Shown: one piece after another, positions 49,721-61,670 of the stretch
How the letters are laid out: each line of letters begins with the position of its first letter
Numbering within the stretch: position 1 is the first letter of the stretch
NCBI RefSeq assembly: GCF_009834535.1
Contig: NC_045696.1
Coordinates: forward strand, 75,704,001-75,768,000
Direction of reading: 5' to 3'
Source of the DNA: Camelus ferus
Lineage: Eukaryota
Length of the DNA: 64,000 nt
The notes under the pieces: model-generated
The model's database searches: none
What the model saw: only the letters and a program-made list of their open reading frames with translations
What the model was told of the DNA's origin: nothing
Position numbers and translations under genes: made by a program

Positions 49721-50940
49721 TTCTCTTTTATAATTCTCAATAGTACTTAGTACAGGAATAACATTAAATTGCTTTAAAATAAATGGAATAATTAATTACT
49801 CAGTAAAAATGGTATAAAATAGATGAGGATCCTCTTCACTTTTTATTAGTTTGGCCCCAGTTCTCTCCATGTCTGTGCCCTGCGAGTAATAACCCCCAAT
49901 CTTATTATCAGAATTGCTTGACTTCTGGATCCTATTCTAATCAATGTGAGACACCTGCAAATTAGAAGAGGGGAGGAGAGAGTGATTGACTGATACATTT
50001 CTTTTCCTTTTGATTCCTTTCTTCAGTTCCTATGACATCTATCAGACAACCCTTCTTCCAAAATTCCTAGATGATACTAGGATTTTATTCTGACCTTAAA
50101 CTCACATATAATGCATAACACAATACTTACTAAATTATTCAGAGAAAATATTTATTGCTTGTCTGGATGTTAATAGTAGCTTAATATTATACAACTCAGT
50201 GTGGAAGCAATTATTCTTATCTTCTTAGGATATTACATTTTTTTCTCTTTTTATTTAAAGAATCAATTTTTTCCCCTTTTGAAACACTGTATTTCTTTCC
50301 TAATGTTTGTTGATGATGGGGTAATTTCTCAGTTGGGAGATTAGTTAAAAAAACATATATGTATATACCTACTTGCATATGTATATACATACATATTTTA
50401 TTCTCATATATCTTTAGTTATATAACTTTTTCAGCTGGAGATTTATATTTAAAATTCTTTATTATCTCGATTCTTAGATTAAAAAAGCATAACCTTATGT
50501 ATTTTTACAAAAATCATAAGAACACAATAGTTTCTTAGAATGAATACAACATCGATTTCCATACAAGCATAAGTGCCTTAACCAACTAGAAAGATATAAT
50601 TAAATTGTTTGTCATGTTTTTCAAATTTATCTCATAAAAACTAAAGGAATTTACTCCTTCCTTTTACCACCCAAACACTTCCTGTAGGCCCATAAAGAGG
50701 AATTCTTGGCTCCCTTGGAATTATCAAGGAGAAACTGTTTATCCTTCTTTCCACTTCTCTCTGGCTTCTTCCCATAGCAGGGGACATTTGTATCAAATTG
50801 GTAATATGATGATAAAGTAACATCTGTCTTTCCATTTGATACAGTTAAGGTGCTAAACACTGTGATAATTTAATAACAATAGACCAGACCATAGAACTTT
50901 CTAGGTGAAAGGAGTTTTTTTTTAAGTATCTAGTTAACTT

Positions 50941-51098
50941 CGTGGTCTTTCTTTTTTTTTTTTTTTTTTTTAACATATTTTAATTTTATTTATTTATTTA
51001 TTTTGCCTCTTAAATGGAAGCACTGGGGACTGAACCAAGGGCCTTGTGCATGCCACGCACATGCTCTACCACTAAGCTATACTCCCCACACCCTGAAA
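50941..51098 (-). mobile_element. vic-1-type camelid tRNA(Ala)-derived SINE with perfect 17-bp TSD
   Basis: Minus strand reads ggggagtatagcttagtggtagagcatgtgcgtggcatgcacaaggcccttggttcagtccccagtgcttcc, with A box and B box, then (TAAA)n and an A-rich tail. TSD aagtatctagttaactt at 50924-50940 and 51099-51115. Confidence 0.88.
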
Positions 51099-52779
51099 AA
51101 GTATCTAGTTAACTTTGAAGTTGAGGGGAGTGATGCCCAAAGAGGCTGTTATTTATCTATGGTTCTGCATAGATAAAGTAAGATTACTAGATAAAATAGT
51201 TCTTTGCACTTTATACTCTTTTTTAAAACCAATGGCCATTGTCTGTGTCTTTGTTCTATACATACAAACTGGAGAGAACAGACAGACCCTTTTGTGAGCA
51301 ACCTTGCCTGTCAGTGGATCCAAAACTAACATTAACACTATGAAAGTCACCCATGTGATCATAGTGTCATTAAGTAGAGAATCATGTCTTTAGATTTTTT
51401 AAGATTTCTGGGGGAGTTCTGCCTCCTAGGATATTTACTGTTTCTCTCTCTTGTGGAAAGTGACTTTTCCCCCTGACGTATCAGTGATTACAAGGCAGCT
51501 GGTCTCACCTGAAAACAACAATAAAAAGCAAGTGACGACGTGACTGGGGGAAATTGCTAGTCTGGTCCGAGAGGGCTGTAGGTTGTCATCATTTTTAAAA
51601 AGCTGGCAAAAGCTAAAGCGATGGATGTCAGTGATTGTAATTTTTTTTTTTTTTTTTTGCAGTGATTGCCATCAAAAGATGGCGCTGTACATATTTTAAT
51701 GTGTCTACCACCGAACTCAAACAGTTGCTTTGGAAAAAGGATGAAATTCTGACATTACTTAGATGAGCTGAAAATACTTATGTGATCCTCTTGTTATAAT
51801 GAAATCCACCAGTGTTGAAAAAAATAGATATAATCAATGCATGGCTTTTAAAACTTCAGTCTCACACATTTAGGAAGAGATTCTACTGCATTCCTTAGGC
51901 AGCAGCCTGGTGGGTTCTGAGGAATAAGGAGCGAGGAAGAAATATTACCCAGTTTTGGTAGATAGTCAGAATTGCTCATTACAAATAGCACAGCGTAACA
52001 GGGTGCAGGAGAGTTGATTGGAGAAAAACACTCTCCGGGCTGGTCAAAAACAGCTGAATGAGAATTGAAAAATCAGTTAATCGACTACGTAATTTAGACA
52101 GTCCATGACTGAAAAAAGACCCAGTATTCTATAAAGCATGACACGTGTTAGGAAATTCACTAAAATCACTGACATCAAGTTAAATGCTTCAGGAGAAATA
52201 TTCAACTAGAGTCTAGTGCAGTACCTCAAATTTGACCCGCAAAATTGCGATGTAATTTGTATCTGCCTCATCAGAGATGTTCAGAATAAGGACTAAGCAT
52301 CAAGCTAGCTTTGGGCCAAGGACCTATTTCGCTCTCCTAGAAGCAACACTGGGCAATGGGACACTAGGTAATAACCTGTGCCCTGAAACATAACAGATGT
52401 GAACCCTTTGCCCAACAATGGCAAAGTCAGGCACTTTTTTGATTCAGGGGATGTTTCCTAATTTCTTCTCTAATGCCCCTTAAAGGAGAGGTCACCTTTC
52501 TGTTTTCTTTCTGCTTTTTTTTTTTTTGGCATTTCTCAGGATCCCAAAAGACACTGAAGCAAGATCTAGAAAAGTCTGTCTACTACTGATTAATGTACTG
52601 AGCCCTATTCACAATTTCTTTCTTAAATATGTCATAATTCCATACCTGACATCCTTGTGATCATTATTCTATACTTCTTAGGCTCCTAATTTTCCAAGAA
52701 TCAGAACCAACCTTTCTCACCTCCTTTTCCTTCTTAACATAGTCACCCAATAGATCTGAGGTCTTTGAATTTGCAAAAA

Positions 52780-53120
52780 ACTATTCTAAACACTGTATAG
52801 TCTGAAATGATTTAGACCTACAAACTTCTTGTTCTTGTGGAGTACACATTCTGCATGAAGAGACAATAAATAAAAATACGTAAGTAAATAGGATAATTTT
52901 GTATAATGAGTCATATAAAAATTAAATAAGGTAATTTGATACCAAGGAAGAAATTATTTTTAAAGAATAGTTTAAAGATACCTGTCCAAGTACCTGATAT
53001 TTCGGCTGATGAGAAAGAGGCATCCAAGAAAAGATCAGGAGCTACTGCATCTGGGAAGTGGGAACAGCTAGTGCAAAGGCCCTGAGGCAGGAGTGAACCT
53101 GACAAATAGGGGGAACAATC
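52780..53120 (-). mobile_element. L2 fragment
   Basis: cttgtggagtacacattct...agacaataaataaa...gggaacagctagtgcaaaggccctgaggcagga. Confidence 0.7.
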
Positions 53121-53139
53121 AGAATCCCTTTGTTGGTGA

Positions 53140-53490
53140 GGCACGAATATGTAGCTATACTACAAACTGGGAGGATATCGCTATGTGATGTCATATGTTT
53201 TATGCGTCCCGAAATTATCTACAATCAAACCAAAATTGGATCACCTCTATCAGAGGAAAGACTGAGTTATCTTTATCTTCTTTCTATGGAAAATGTTACA
53301 AAACTGTTGTCCTATGATGAGGCCATCACCAGGAAATATGTGTGAAGTTATAGTTACTATAATTTCTTTTTTCCTTCTAAATAAATATTCATTCTTGAAC
53401 ATAATTTTGATTTGTAACACTGTAATTAAAAAATAGAGCCCCCCTAAAGTGTTAAACTTAAGTTTTACGAAATCTCAAACCACCCACATT
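53140..53490 (+). mobile_element. hAT-Tip100-type transposon 3' end with dimerisation-domain remnant
   Basis: ORF 53130-53345 contains LSEERLSYLYLLSMENVTKLLSYDEAI, resembling the hAT C-terminal dimerisation motif. The end (taaataaatattca...gagccccctaaa) resembles a Tip100 subterminal sequence. Confidence 0.65.
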
Positions 53491-54754
53491 TCTACTTGAA
53501 GTCAGAGATAATATTGATGAAGCCCAAGAACATTATCTCTTTTTCAGAGCCACACGTACTTGGATCTATCAGATAAACACCTGCCTAATGCCTATAAAAA
53601 GTGCACTGCCAGGTAGACCAAGAGACAATGCTTTCACTTTGCATCTTCTTAACACTGACTCATGAACATAACCCACTGGGCCTTGTGGTCCACCTCTCAC
53701 TTAAAGATTTTCCTTAGCTCTTACATGACCCTCACATGTTCAGATAAGTTACCTTTGTTGTGACCCAGAAAATTAAGATAGCTGTATCAACAGTATTTAA
53801 AACGTCCTCACTATTTGGTGTGGAGTGTATTTAACATGCATCTTAGGTTTTGTTTTGGTTGGGTTGGGTTTTGTTTCTTTTTTTTCCTTTTTTTGGAAAG
53901 AGTATTTAAAAACAGTCTTGGTTTTAAATTAGTTTAAGCTTTATTCCCTACGTAGAATCTCACAAGTACACAAACATCTTTGTCTTCCAAAATCTATTCC
54001 TAAAGGTGTGAGGAAAGTCTGTGGGAAAAAAGGCTGTAAAATAGTTTAGCATTTCTACTCCTGAATGGCTTGTGAAGCATAGCCTCTCCTCAAAGAAGAT
54101 CTTATAGTCAGTAGTGAAACAGAAAAACTAAACTGGATGCTATTCTGCCTTCTGTTCTATCAAGCAAATTGACAAATTATGATTGTTAAATCCTTATTAT
54201 CAGCAGTGCTGAAAAGAACATAATTTAATTTTCAGATCCCTTGATACAGTTCAGGACAAGTCCCATAGATATTATAACAATTGGACTCAGAGAATATTAA
54301 TCTTAAAATACCTGGGTGTTAGTTTATTTCTCAAGTGCTACCATGTATCTTAAAAAAAAGTTGTCTTTATAATTTACTGTGTCATTTGAAAAGATTTTAA
54401 TCGATAAGAACGAGAACAACTGTGAATAAATAATACTGTCTGGCATGCTATATATTTAAATACTGAAGAAGAAAAGTTTCCCAGTGTATCTGAGGGCAGA
54501 GAAGTAGAGTTCTTAAAAGATGTGAATTTTGTGCTAGCTCATATGAAACATCATTGCCAATGGTTTCTTGAAGAATGTAACTTCAAAAATTAAGTGAATG
54601 AATGCAAATTTTTAACTGTCATCCACTTAAAAGAATTTAATTTACCATCCGGGAATGACTATAAGAAGAAAATGCCAAAAGAGACACAAGGAAATATTCA
54701 AGGTTAAATCAACTTGGCCTTCCCATTCTTTAATCCAGGTTCAAGTCCTATCTC

Positions 54755-55167
54755 CCAGTGGTGTGCTGGTAAATATTTAACAACCAGCTCTTGGAGAGAA
54801 AAAGCCCTTATTTACAGTGTTGCAGATTCCCTTGGCATAAATACAACCACATAACCGATGTCAAATTACTAGCTGGTGTCACCGAATGCAGAGTTGAGGA
54901 GGGACGTGTGGCTGCACATTGATACATAGTATATCTACCTTACAAATACAATAGACATAACTAAACAATGTAGGTAAGAGTCAAATGTAAAATAATTAGG
55001 GATTGATGAATTTGGGATTGACTATTCATTATCCTTCTTTTTATATGATTTATTTAATTGCAGGGTTATACAATTCCATTTTTAATGATGCTGCGTTTAA
55101 CCATCAGCTCATAAAATTTGACAATAATCGTGTGGGTTGGTACCAGCCAGGTCCCACACACCATTAG
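54755..55167. mobile_element. MER63B-like hAT-Blackjack element, full length
   Basis: Terminal inverted repeats ccagtggtgtgctgg ... cccacacaccattag. Internal ggtaaatatttaacaaccagctc and acaaatacaatagacataa. Confidence 0.8.
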
Positions 55168-55169
55168 TG

Positions 55170-55350
55170 TAGGTCATACAGCGTATGAAGATTTATCCAA
55201 GTGCAGTGTGGAAAGGAGGCTTTAAGGAGGGGAGAGAATGTATTATATTTTCACTTTTAAAAGCTCATCCGTGCAGCTGTGTGGAGAATATGTTGGAAGG
55301 AGATGAGAGAGGAAACGCAGAGCCAGTGAGGAGATTACTGGTGTCTGCTC
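55170..55350 (-). mobile_element. L2 fragment
   Basis: ttttaaaagctcatccgtgcagctgtgtggagaat...gccagtgaggagattact. Confidence 0.6.
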
Positions 55351-56369
55351 TCTGGAGGCGCTCTGATCTCTGATGTAATATGGACTTCAAAGGATATAAA
55401 GCCATTTTCTTCTGATTTCAGTGAAAGCACTTTTAGGCATTTACAAGAAAACCAGAAAACACAAAACAAAAAAGAAAATGCAAAATACTCATGGAAACTA
55501 AATGTACTTTCAAGCGTAGATTCTATCTCCTACCTCACAGCTAACCTTTGGCCACAGACGGCTCAACTGCTCGGGCTGGGCTCCAGAAAACACACCTTAA
55601 TCCTTTTTTTTTTTAAAAAAAAACCTTAATTCTTTCTTATTTGGTTTGCCAAGTGCATGTGTACTTTCTGCTTCTGTAGCCATTATCCTGAAGTAACATC
55701 TTTGCTTGGACCCTTTAGCTGTAAATATCTTCCTAGTCCTGACCTCATTGCACAGCATCCTCCCGAGCCATCATGTCCTCTCCTTCATAAGGAGGCCATT
55801 TCTTTCCTGTCAGAACACTTCTATGATGCTTTGCAATTAACCTAACACTTCCATCACCTCACCTCCTTTAATGTCAGACTAACCCTTTATGGTAGGGCAG
55901 TAGGTACTACATTCACCAGGGAGACCTCCTTAGATTTGTGGGAATTTCAAAGCTGAGAATCTCGAATAGTATAATATTTCATCCATAAAATGCAAAGAAG
56001 CAGTAAAAACTGTTAAGCAATTCTGCAAGTACTGCATGAGTGCCGCATATAAAGTTATTACAATATACTTTATCATTAATATTTAACTTATTCTGGAGGT
56101 CTTCAAATTGGAGTGTGGAGACTTCCCAAGGAATGTGTGAGTGTGAGTTCTTGATAGTTTCAGGAAACAGATTTCCTAAAATCGATTTACCTGAGTTCTT
56201 ATTTCTCAAGCAAGTCTTCTCTGCAACTTCTTTTATAATCACTCTTTTTTCACTTTATGGAAAAAAGCATGCCTCTCACCTATTCCTAATGTCATCATGA
56301 TACATTGCCATAGAATAGAAAAATCTGAGTGTCTAATCTAATATTAGTGTGAAAAGTTGTTGAAGGTGT

Positions 56370-57330
56370 TGGGCAAGTGAATAAATTAATGGGCAATAAT
56401 CCTTTTCAAATCCAGTAATTGTCTTTCAACAAAATTGAAGGAGCTCTTGATTGAGTTGTTGGCTGATATATCATTAAAATAATTTTTAATAATAAATCAC
56501 TAGGCCCATAACTTGGAAAGTGTTCTAAGACTCGTGTGTCAATATGTATAATAAAACTCCTCCAATTTCCCTCTGTATTTTTATGTGGGCAACATTTTTT
56601 AGCACTTCCATCTACAAAAACAAAAATAGTAGTGCAGTGAATGCTGAATCTTGGCTTAATCTAGGAGCAAGTCATATTCAGCCATGGATATAAGCTTCAT
56701 ATATCTTAAGAGATGTATCTTAAATATCCAACAATTTTTCTTCTATGCTAATAACTTATCAAACATATATATATATAGAGAGAGAGTTATATATAGCTAT
56801 ATATATATATATATAGTTATGTTGTTTGTATCTATTGTATGATATTATAAATTACAATGATAATTGAACTCAAAATATTTTTTAAACAGAACTTTATGGT
56901 TCAGGAAATTTTAAAAAACTAAATGCATGCATTTTTGTTGTAAAGGAATATGATAGAGTGATCAATATAGACTTTCAAACAAAATATATGCTAGTAAGAT
57001 AAAATTCTGAGGGCAAGTGGAATGAAAATATGAGTTTAAAGAGGTAAAATTGATGTAACATCCTCTTAAAAAGATCTTGTTCGTGTACTTTTGTAATGGA
57101 TGATAGTGGTTATCAAGTCATTATGATATAAGGATTCTTTGGAACCAATTTAAGAATGACATAATAATGTTATTTAAAGTTGCCAATATCTATAGCATGC
57201 TAAAAATTACATCATTTGCAAGTATTTAAACTTCGAAAATGTTACACATCAATTTAAAATGTGTGAGAGGGCACATAATTTTTCAACCTTCGTTTGGGAT
57301 ATACATAGGAAAAATTGGTAAAGATTTCTG
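56370..57330 (+). mobile_element. Charlie7-like hAT element, 3' part
   Basis: cttaagagatgtat...tatgatagagtgatcaat...gataaaattctgagggcaagtggaatgaaaatatgagtt...aattacatcatttgcaagtatttaaac...gggcacataattttc. Confidence 0.75.
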
Positions 57331-57689
57331 CTTTTCATTGAAAGACATCATGAGATTGAACATCTTTATGTATTTTTTCATCTCTGTCAACCAGCATTAG
57401 CAGCTAATTGTGTTTTCCCCCCAAACCCACACACTTCTTGTTTAACTGCTTCAGGAGACTCACTGTGTACGCAGGGTCAAGCAACAAACTGTGTGGCCAG
57501 TTGCCTGTTGAGCAGTTAACAAGGCTCACACCCCAGCTAACTGGCTCATTTCTGCACAACAGCCCCTTGGTACACGAGCCTCAGTTTCACGCCTCAGTAA
57601 GATTACAAATCACCACATGTCATGATCCGTCATGTTCACTTGCACAGGCTTGACTCCATGAACATTAAATTTGTAAATACTATGGATCT

Positions 57690-57810
57690 ACTGAAATTCC
57701 CCATTTACAGATGAAGGAACTGATATTCCAACAGGCTAAGTGATTGCCCAGATTTACGCAGCTAGCAAAAGGCAGGTCCAAGTCTCAAATCTATAACTCT
57801 GAATTTATAT
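57690..57810 (-). mobile_element. MIR SINE core
   Basis: ccccatttacagatgaaggaactga...aggctaagtgattgccca. Confidence 0.75.
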
Positions 57811-59056
57811 TTAGTACACACACAGACAAGCACACATGCACATACATATGTGTGTCTGTATATATACCAATTATGTGTATACAGCACCGTGTTTGTGTAT
57901 GTGTATAATATAAGCCCAAGTGCAGATTATACTAGTGGGACCACTGTATCTCAGCAGCCCTTGCCTGGGAGATGCAAATGTCTGAAGCACAGAGAAGGGG
58001 CCCTTCGAGATGGGCTCTTTGTCTGCAGGGAGCGATAGAGGCGGGGAGCTGGAGGACAACAGGCTGTGCCCTGCCAACCACAAGCTTTAATCCTTAAATC
58101 TTGTAGATAGAAAGGTGGTTTATTGGTGGAGGATGAGGAGGTGTTTCTCCCGTGAGATTTTGTGAGACATCTGGGCACAGAAAAGTGAACAGGCCTTCCA
58201 GAAACTTAGATTTGAACCATAGAAGAGGGTGATTTTCCCCATCTCGGCACAGAACGCAGACTGCTCTGATTGCTGGAGGGCTGGCTGCTCTGGGGGCATC
58301 AGGAAAGGGCACCTTGACCAGGATAATTGTCATTCTAGTGGTGCACAGGAGCAGGGATGGCACCAGGAAGGCCATCCTCAGAGAGGTTCATAAGTCCTTG
58401 GTTACCGCGAAGAGCTCAGAGAGAAAAAGGAGCACAATATAAAAGTGGTAGTGTATAAAGACACTACCTGGTGGGCTGGTTCAAGACAATGTGTAAGACT
58501 CCAGAAAATTTTCAAGGCTCTAGTGTTTTACCTGAACAGGTAGAGTCAACGACCAAGAAAAATTGTATTATTAATCTTGTTGTGATCTCATTTGTATCCA
58601 TACGCTAGCAAGGCCTGGGTATTTGCAGGTCATACATGAATGCACAGACACACACACAAATCCTCATAAACTCACACATTCCTGCAAATGTGTGTTATAT
58701 TTACAATGTACTTCAATAAACCATAAAGTCTTCTAATCTTCCTTCCCTTTTTACCTTATCTTTATCAGCCAGATGGCCATTTATTAAACAAATGTTTTTT
58801 GAGTATTTATTGCACTAGAAATAAAATCATGAATACACAAAGTCCCTGCTAATATGGAACTAATATTCTAGTAAAGGAGATGAGATTGTTATTACTCCTC
58901 TAGCAAAGGAGGAAGATTTCCATAAACAAAAAAATAATGGTATGATTTCCAGTAGTGATACTCTTATGAGGTTGGAGTTTCTTTACATGGACATAAGAGA
59001 GATCTCTATGGAAAACTCTCTGAATAGAGACCTGAAGTTGTCGTTTGAAGATCCAG

Positions 59057-59510
59057 TGCAGTGGCTCTCAGTCCTGTCTGTAGATCAGCATTCCCTGGGA
59101 GACATTTTTTTCATGTTTGAAATTCTTTTATTCTTAATATAAACACATACAATAGTTAGGAAAAATAAGCAAAGGGTGAATTACAGAGTGTTCAAATTCT
59201 TTTTTTTAAATTGAAGTATAGTTGAAGTACACTATTATGTAAGTAATAAATATATGATCTAGTGATTCGCAATTTTTAAATGTTATACTTTATTTACAGT
59301 TATTCTAAAATATTGTCTATTTTCCCTGTGTTTTACAATATATCCTTGTAGCTTATTTTGTGCATAATAGTTTGTACCTCTTAAGGAGAGTTTTAAAAAA
59401 CCTGATGCGTAGACCCCATTCAAAATCATTTAAGTCAGAATGTCTGGCGACAGGGCTCAGACCCTTGTACTTTGAGTAGTTCCCAAGGTGACTCTAATTT
59501 GCAGTTAGAA
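59057..59510. mobile_element. MER5-type hAT element split by an L1 insertion
   Basis: gcagtggctctcagtcctgtctgtagatcagcattccctgggag [L1] ttttaaaaaacctgatgcgtagacccc...agtcagaatgtctgg...cccaaggtgactctaatttgcag. Confidence 0.7.
59105..59384 (-). mobile_element. Short 5'-truncated artiodactyl L1 3' end (59200-59384) plus 88-bp 3'-transduced segment (59112-59199)
   Basis: ttttttttaaattgaagtatagttg...agtgattcgcaatttttaaa...tacaatatatccttgtagcttatttt...tagtttgtacctcttaa. Degenerate TSD ggagacatttt / ggagagtttt, the right copy followed by AAAAAA. Confidence 0.75.
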
Positions 59511-59988
59511 GAGGCTTCTCATCTAGGGCAAGAGTGGGGCGAGCAAAGGAAATAGTAAGCCCACATATGCATGTCCACGTCCATATGTTTGGCGTGTTCA
59601 AGGAACCTCAAGGAGAAAAAGCAAAAACAGAGATGAGGTCACAAAAACAAGCAGCGCCAGATAATGTAGGGCTTTTAGATCATAGTAATAGGCTTATGTT
59701 ATATTTTAAGTGTAATGTGAAGCTATTATATTATACTTATTAGGTTATGTGATAAAATGGGAGAAATAGGACAAAAACAAAAAAGATTCTCTCTTCTCCA
59801 GTTTTCTCAATGTAAAGCACAAAGATATACTCTTTATGTTTTAATCATAGGGTCATGCTAATTATCTAATCTCTGGCGAAGGACTGAGGTATTCCGATCA
59901 ATTGAATCAGGGAGAAATGGAATGTTAATCTGTAGGAGAAGATGAATTGCCATCATCCTGGAAAGAAAGAGAAGTAGAATGACTCTGA

Positions 59989-60030
59989 GTCTCTCTCTCA
60001 CACACACACACACAGTATTTACACACATAC
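59989..60030. repeat. (CT)n(CA)n compound microsatellite
   Basis: Direct reading of the sequence. Confidence 0.85.
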
Positions 60031-60839
60031 ATTTTTCTAATGAGTATGTATGATGTATCTAAGAACTGGTTTTAAAATATATTGTTGTTAAAATAGCAAG
60101 AAAATGCCATCAGCTAATAACTACTAAAAAAATTGTCACTTGACGTATTTTTTCACTTTCTAACTTTTCCATCTCGGTGCATATCCTTTCCCTTTGTATT
60201 CTGATTAATTCTGTCTATTGGAAAGAGAAAAATAAAGAACTATTCCCAAGATGAAATGTTTAGAAAGTTAATGCCACAATTTCTGAAAATACATAAATTT
60301 TAATTTATACCTTTCACAGCATTTAATTAATAAATAGCTTTCTTGCTTATCCAGCATATATTTTAATATATATGTACATATGGATATGTACATGTATATA
60401 TATATGGCAATGCAGTTATACAGTTTGCTGTGTTTCCTTATTTTATTTTATTGCACTGATTGCAAAATGTTATGAAGCAAGAAAGATCTTGTTTTCCCTT
60501 GGAATAAAATGGAACACTCATAAGGTCTGATCATTCCAGTGAGCTTCATGAAGCACGTCGGAAGATCTGTTAGAATTTCCACTATTATTTGTGTGCATAA
60601 TTGCATTTTCTTGTAGAAAAAGGGGGACTGGTTTCCTACTTTCCACAAGCAAGTGATCCTGAAAGTCCTATGCTACGTGAAGCTGTACAGTGCTCTTGGA
60701 AGCCTATTCCCTTGGTTATATTTTGTTGGCTACCAGGGATGGTGTTCAGGTGCCACCAACCAGGGCCTTGAGATCTTGTCTCCCAAATGATGCTCATGGC
60801 ATTGTTGTCACGCTTCCTCGCAACGTCTCCAGAGGCAAA

Positions 60840-61000
60840 CCTGCTCTGTGATGTAGAGTGTGAGCGAGACGGAATCTGAGTTTGAGTCCTGGCTCTGCTA
60901 CTTGCCAGCTGACTTTCTTCTCTGACCCTCTTGGTCTCCTCCACTGCTCAATACCAGTAACAGTACTTGCCCTAGCGGGGCTTTTGTGGTGATTAGAAAT
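60840..61000 (+). mobile_element. MIR SINE
   Basis: ctgagtttgagtcctggctctgctacttgccagctg...aacagtacttgccctagcggggcttttgtggtgatta. Confidence 0.7.
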
Positions 61001-61129
61001 ATCTATTTTGCTTTAAGCTTCAGACCTAATATACAGCTAATTTTTTCTTTTTAATTTAGCATGATATGCTCAGTCATTTGACATCTATATTTGATACAAA
61101 TTACAGAAACTCTAAGTGTTTATGAACTC

Positions 61130-61670
61130 TACATGCTATAATGACTTCCTGTTTCAAAGCTACGTTAATGAGTATATTCTCCTTAGATAAACTCATTAAC
61201 ATAGAATTGAAAGTTCTCTACCATCAGGCCTTACCCTGTCTTAGTATTACAGCATGTCTCACTATATATTCCACCTTCTATCTGATTCTGGTACTACTTA
61301 ACTATTTATGGTTTTTGTTCAAACATGCCAATATTTTTTTGTTTGTTTTTTGTTTTTTTGTTTTTTTTTTGTCTCTATGTCTTTGATCACATTTTTTTCT
61401 CCCTCCCCGGATTTCTTCCACCTAATCCTCAAATCTATGAAAACTTCATTCATCTTTCAAAGTCCAAAGCAAATACCTGCTGAATGAAGTTATCCTTGAT
61501 TCCTGTAGTGAGAATTAATATCTATTCCCTGTTCTTCTAGTATAGAACCACCTCATTGCATTATAGGTATTTGCATAATTTTGTCTTGCACATCATATTG
61601 AAAATTCTTTAAGGAAAAAGCCTTGGCATAGGTCATCTTTGTCTTGATATTTTTTGATGGATTGAACTGA
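61130..61670 (+). mobile_element. L2 fragments
   Basis: ttcattcatctttcaaagtccaaagcaaatacc...tccttgattcc...gtcatctttgtc. Confidence 0.45.

Larger units (their letters stand above)
58775..59730 (-). mobile_element. L2 element hosting a MER5, which in turn hosts an L1
   Basis: aaacaaatgttttttgagtattta...aagtccctgctaatatggaactaatattctag (58785-58870) resumes at ggcgtgttcaaggaac...agatgaggtca...gggcttttagatcatagtaa (59590-59690). Confidence 0.65.

Noticed and set aside
51015..51090. tRNA-Ala gene
   Set aside because: The A-rich tail, 17-bp TSD and degenerate stems show it is a SINE, not a functional tRNA.
56763..56816. Palindromic TA-rich tract as a cruciform element
   Set aside because: Ordinary (TA)n/(GA)n microsatellite expansion inside Charlie7.
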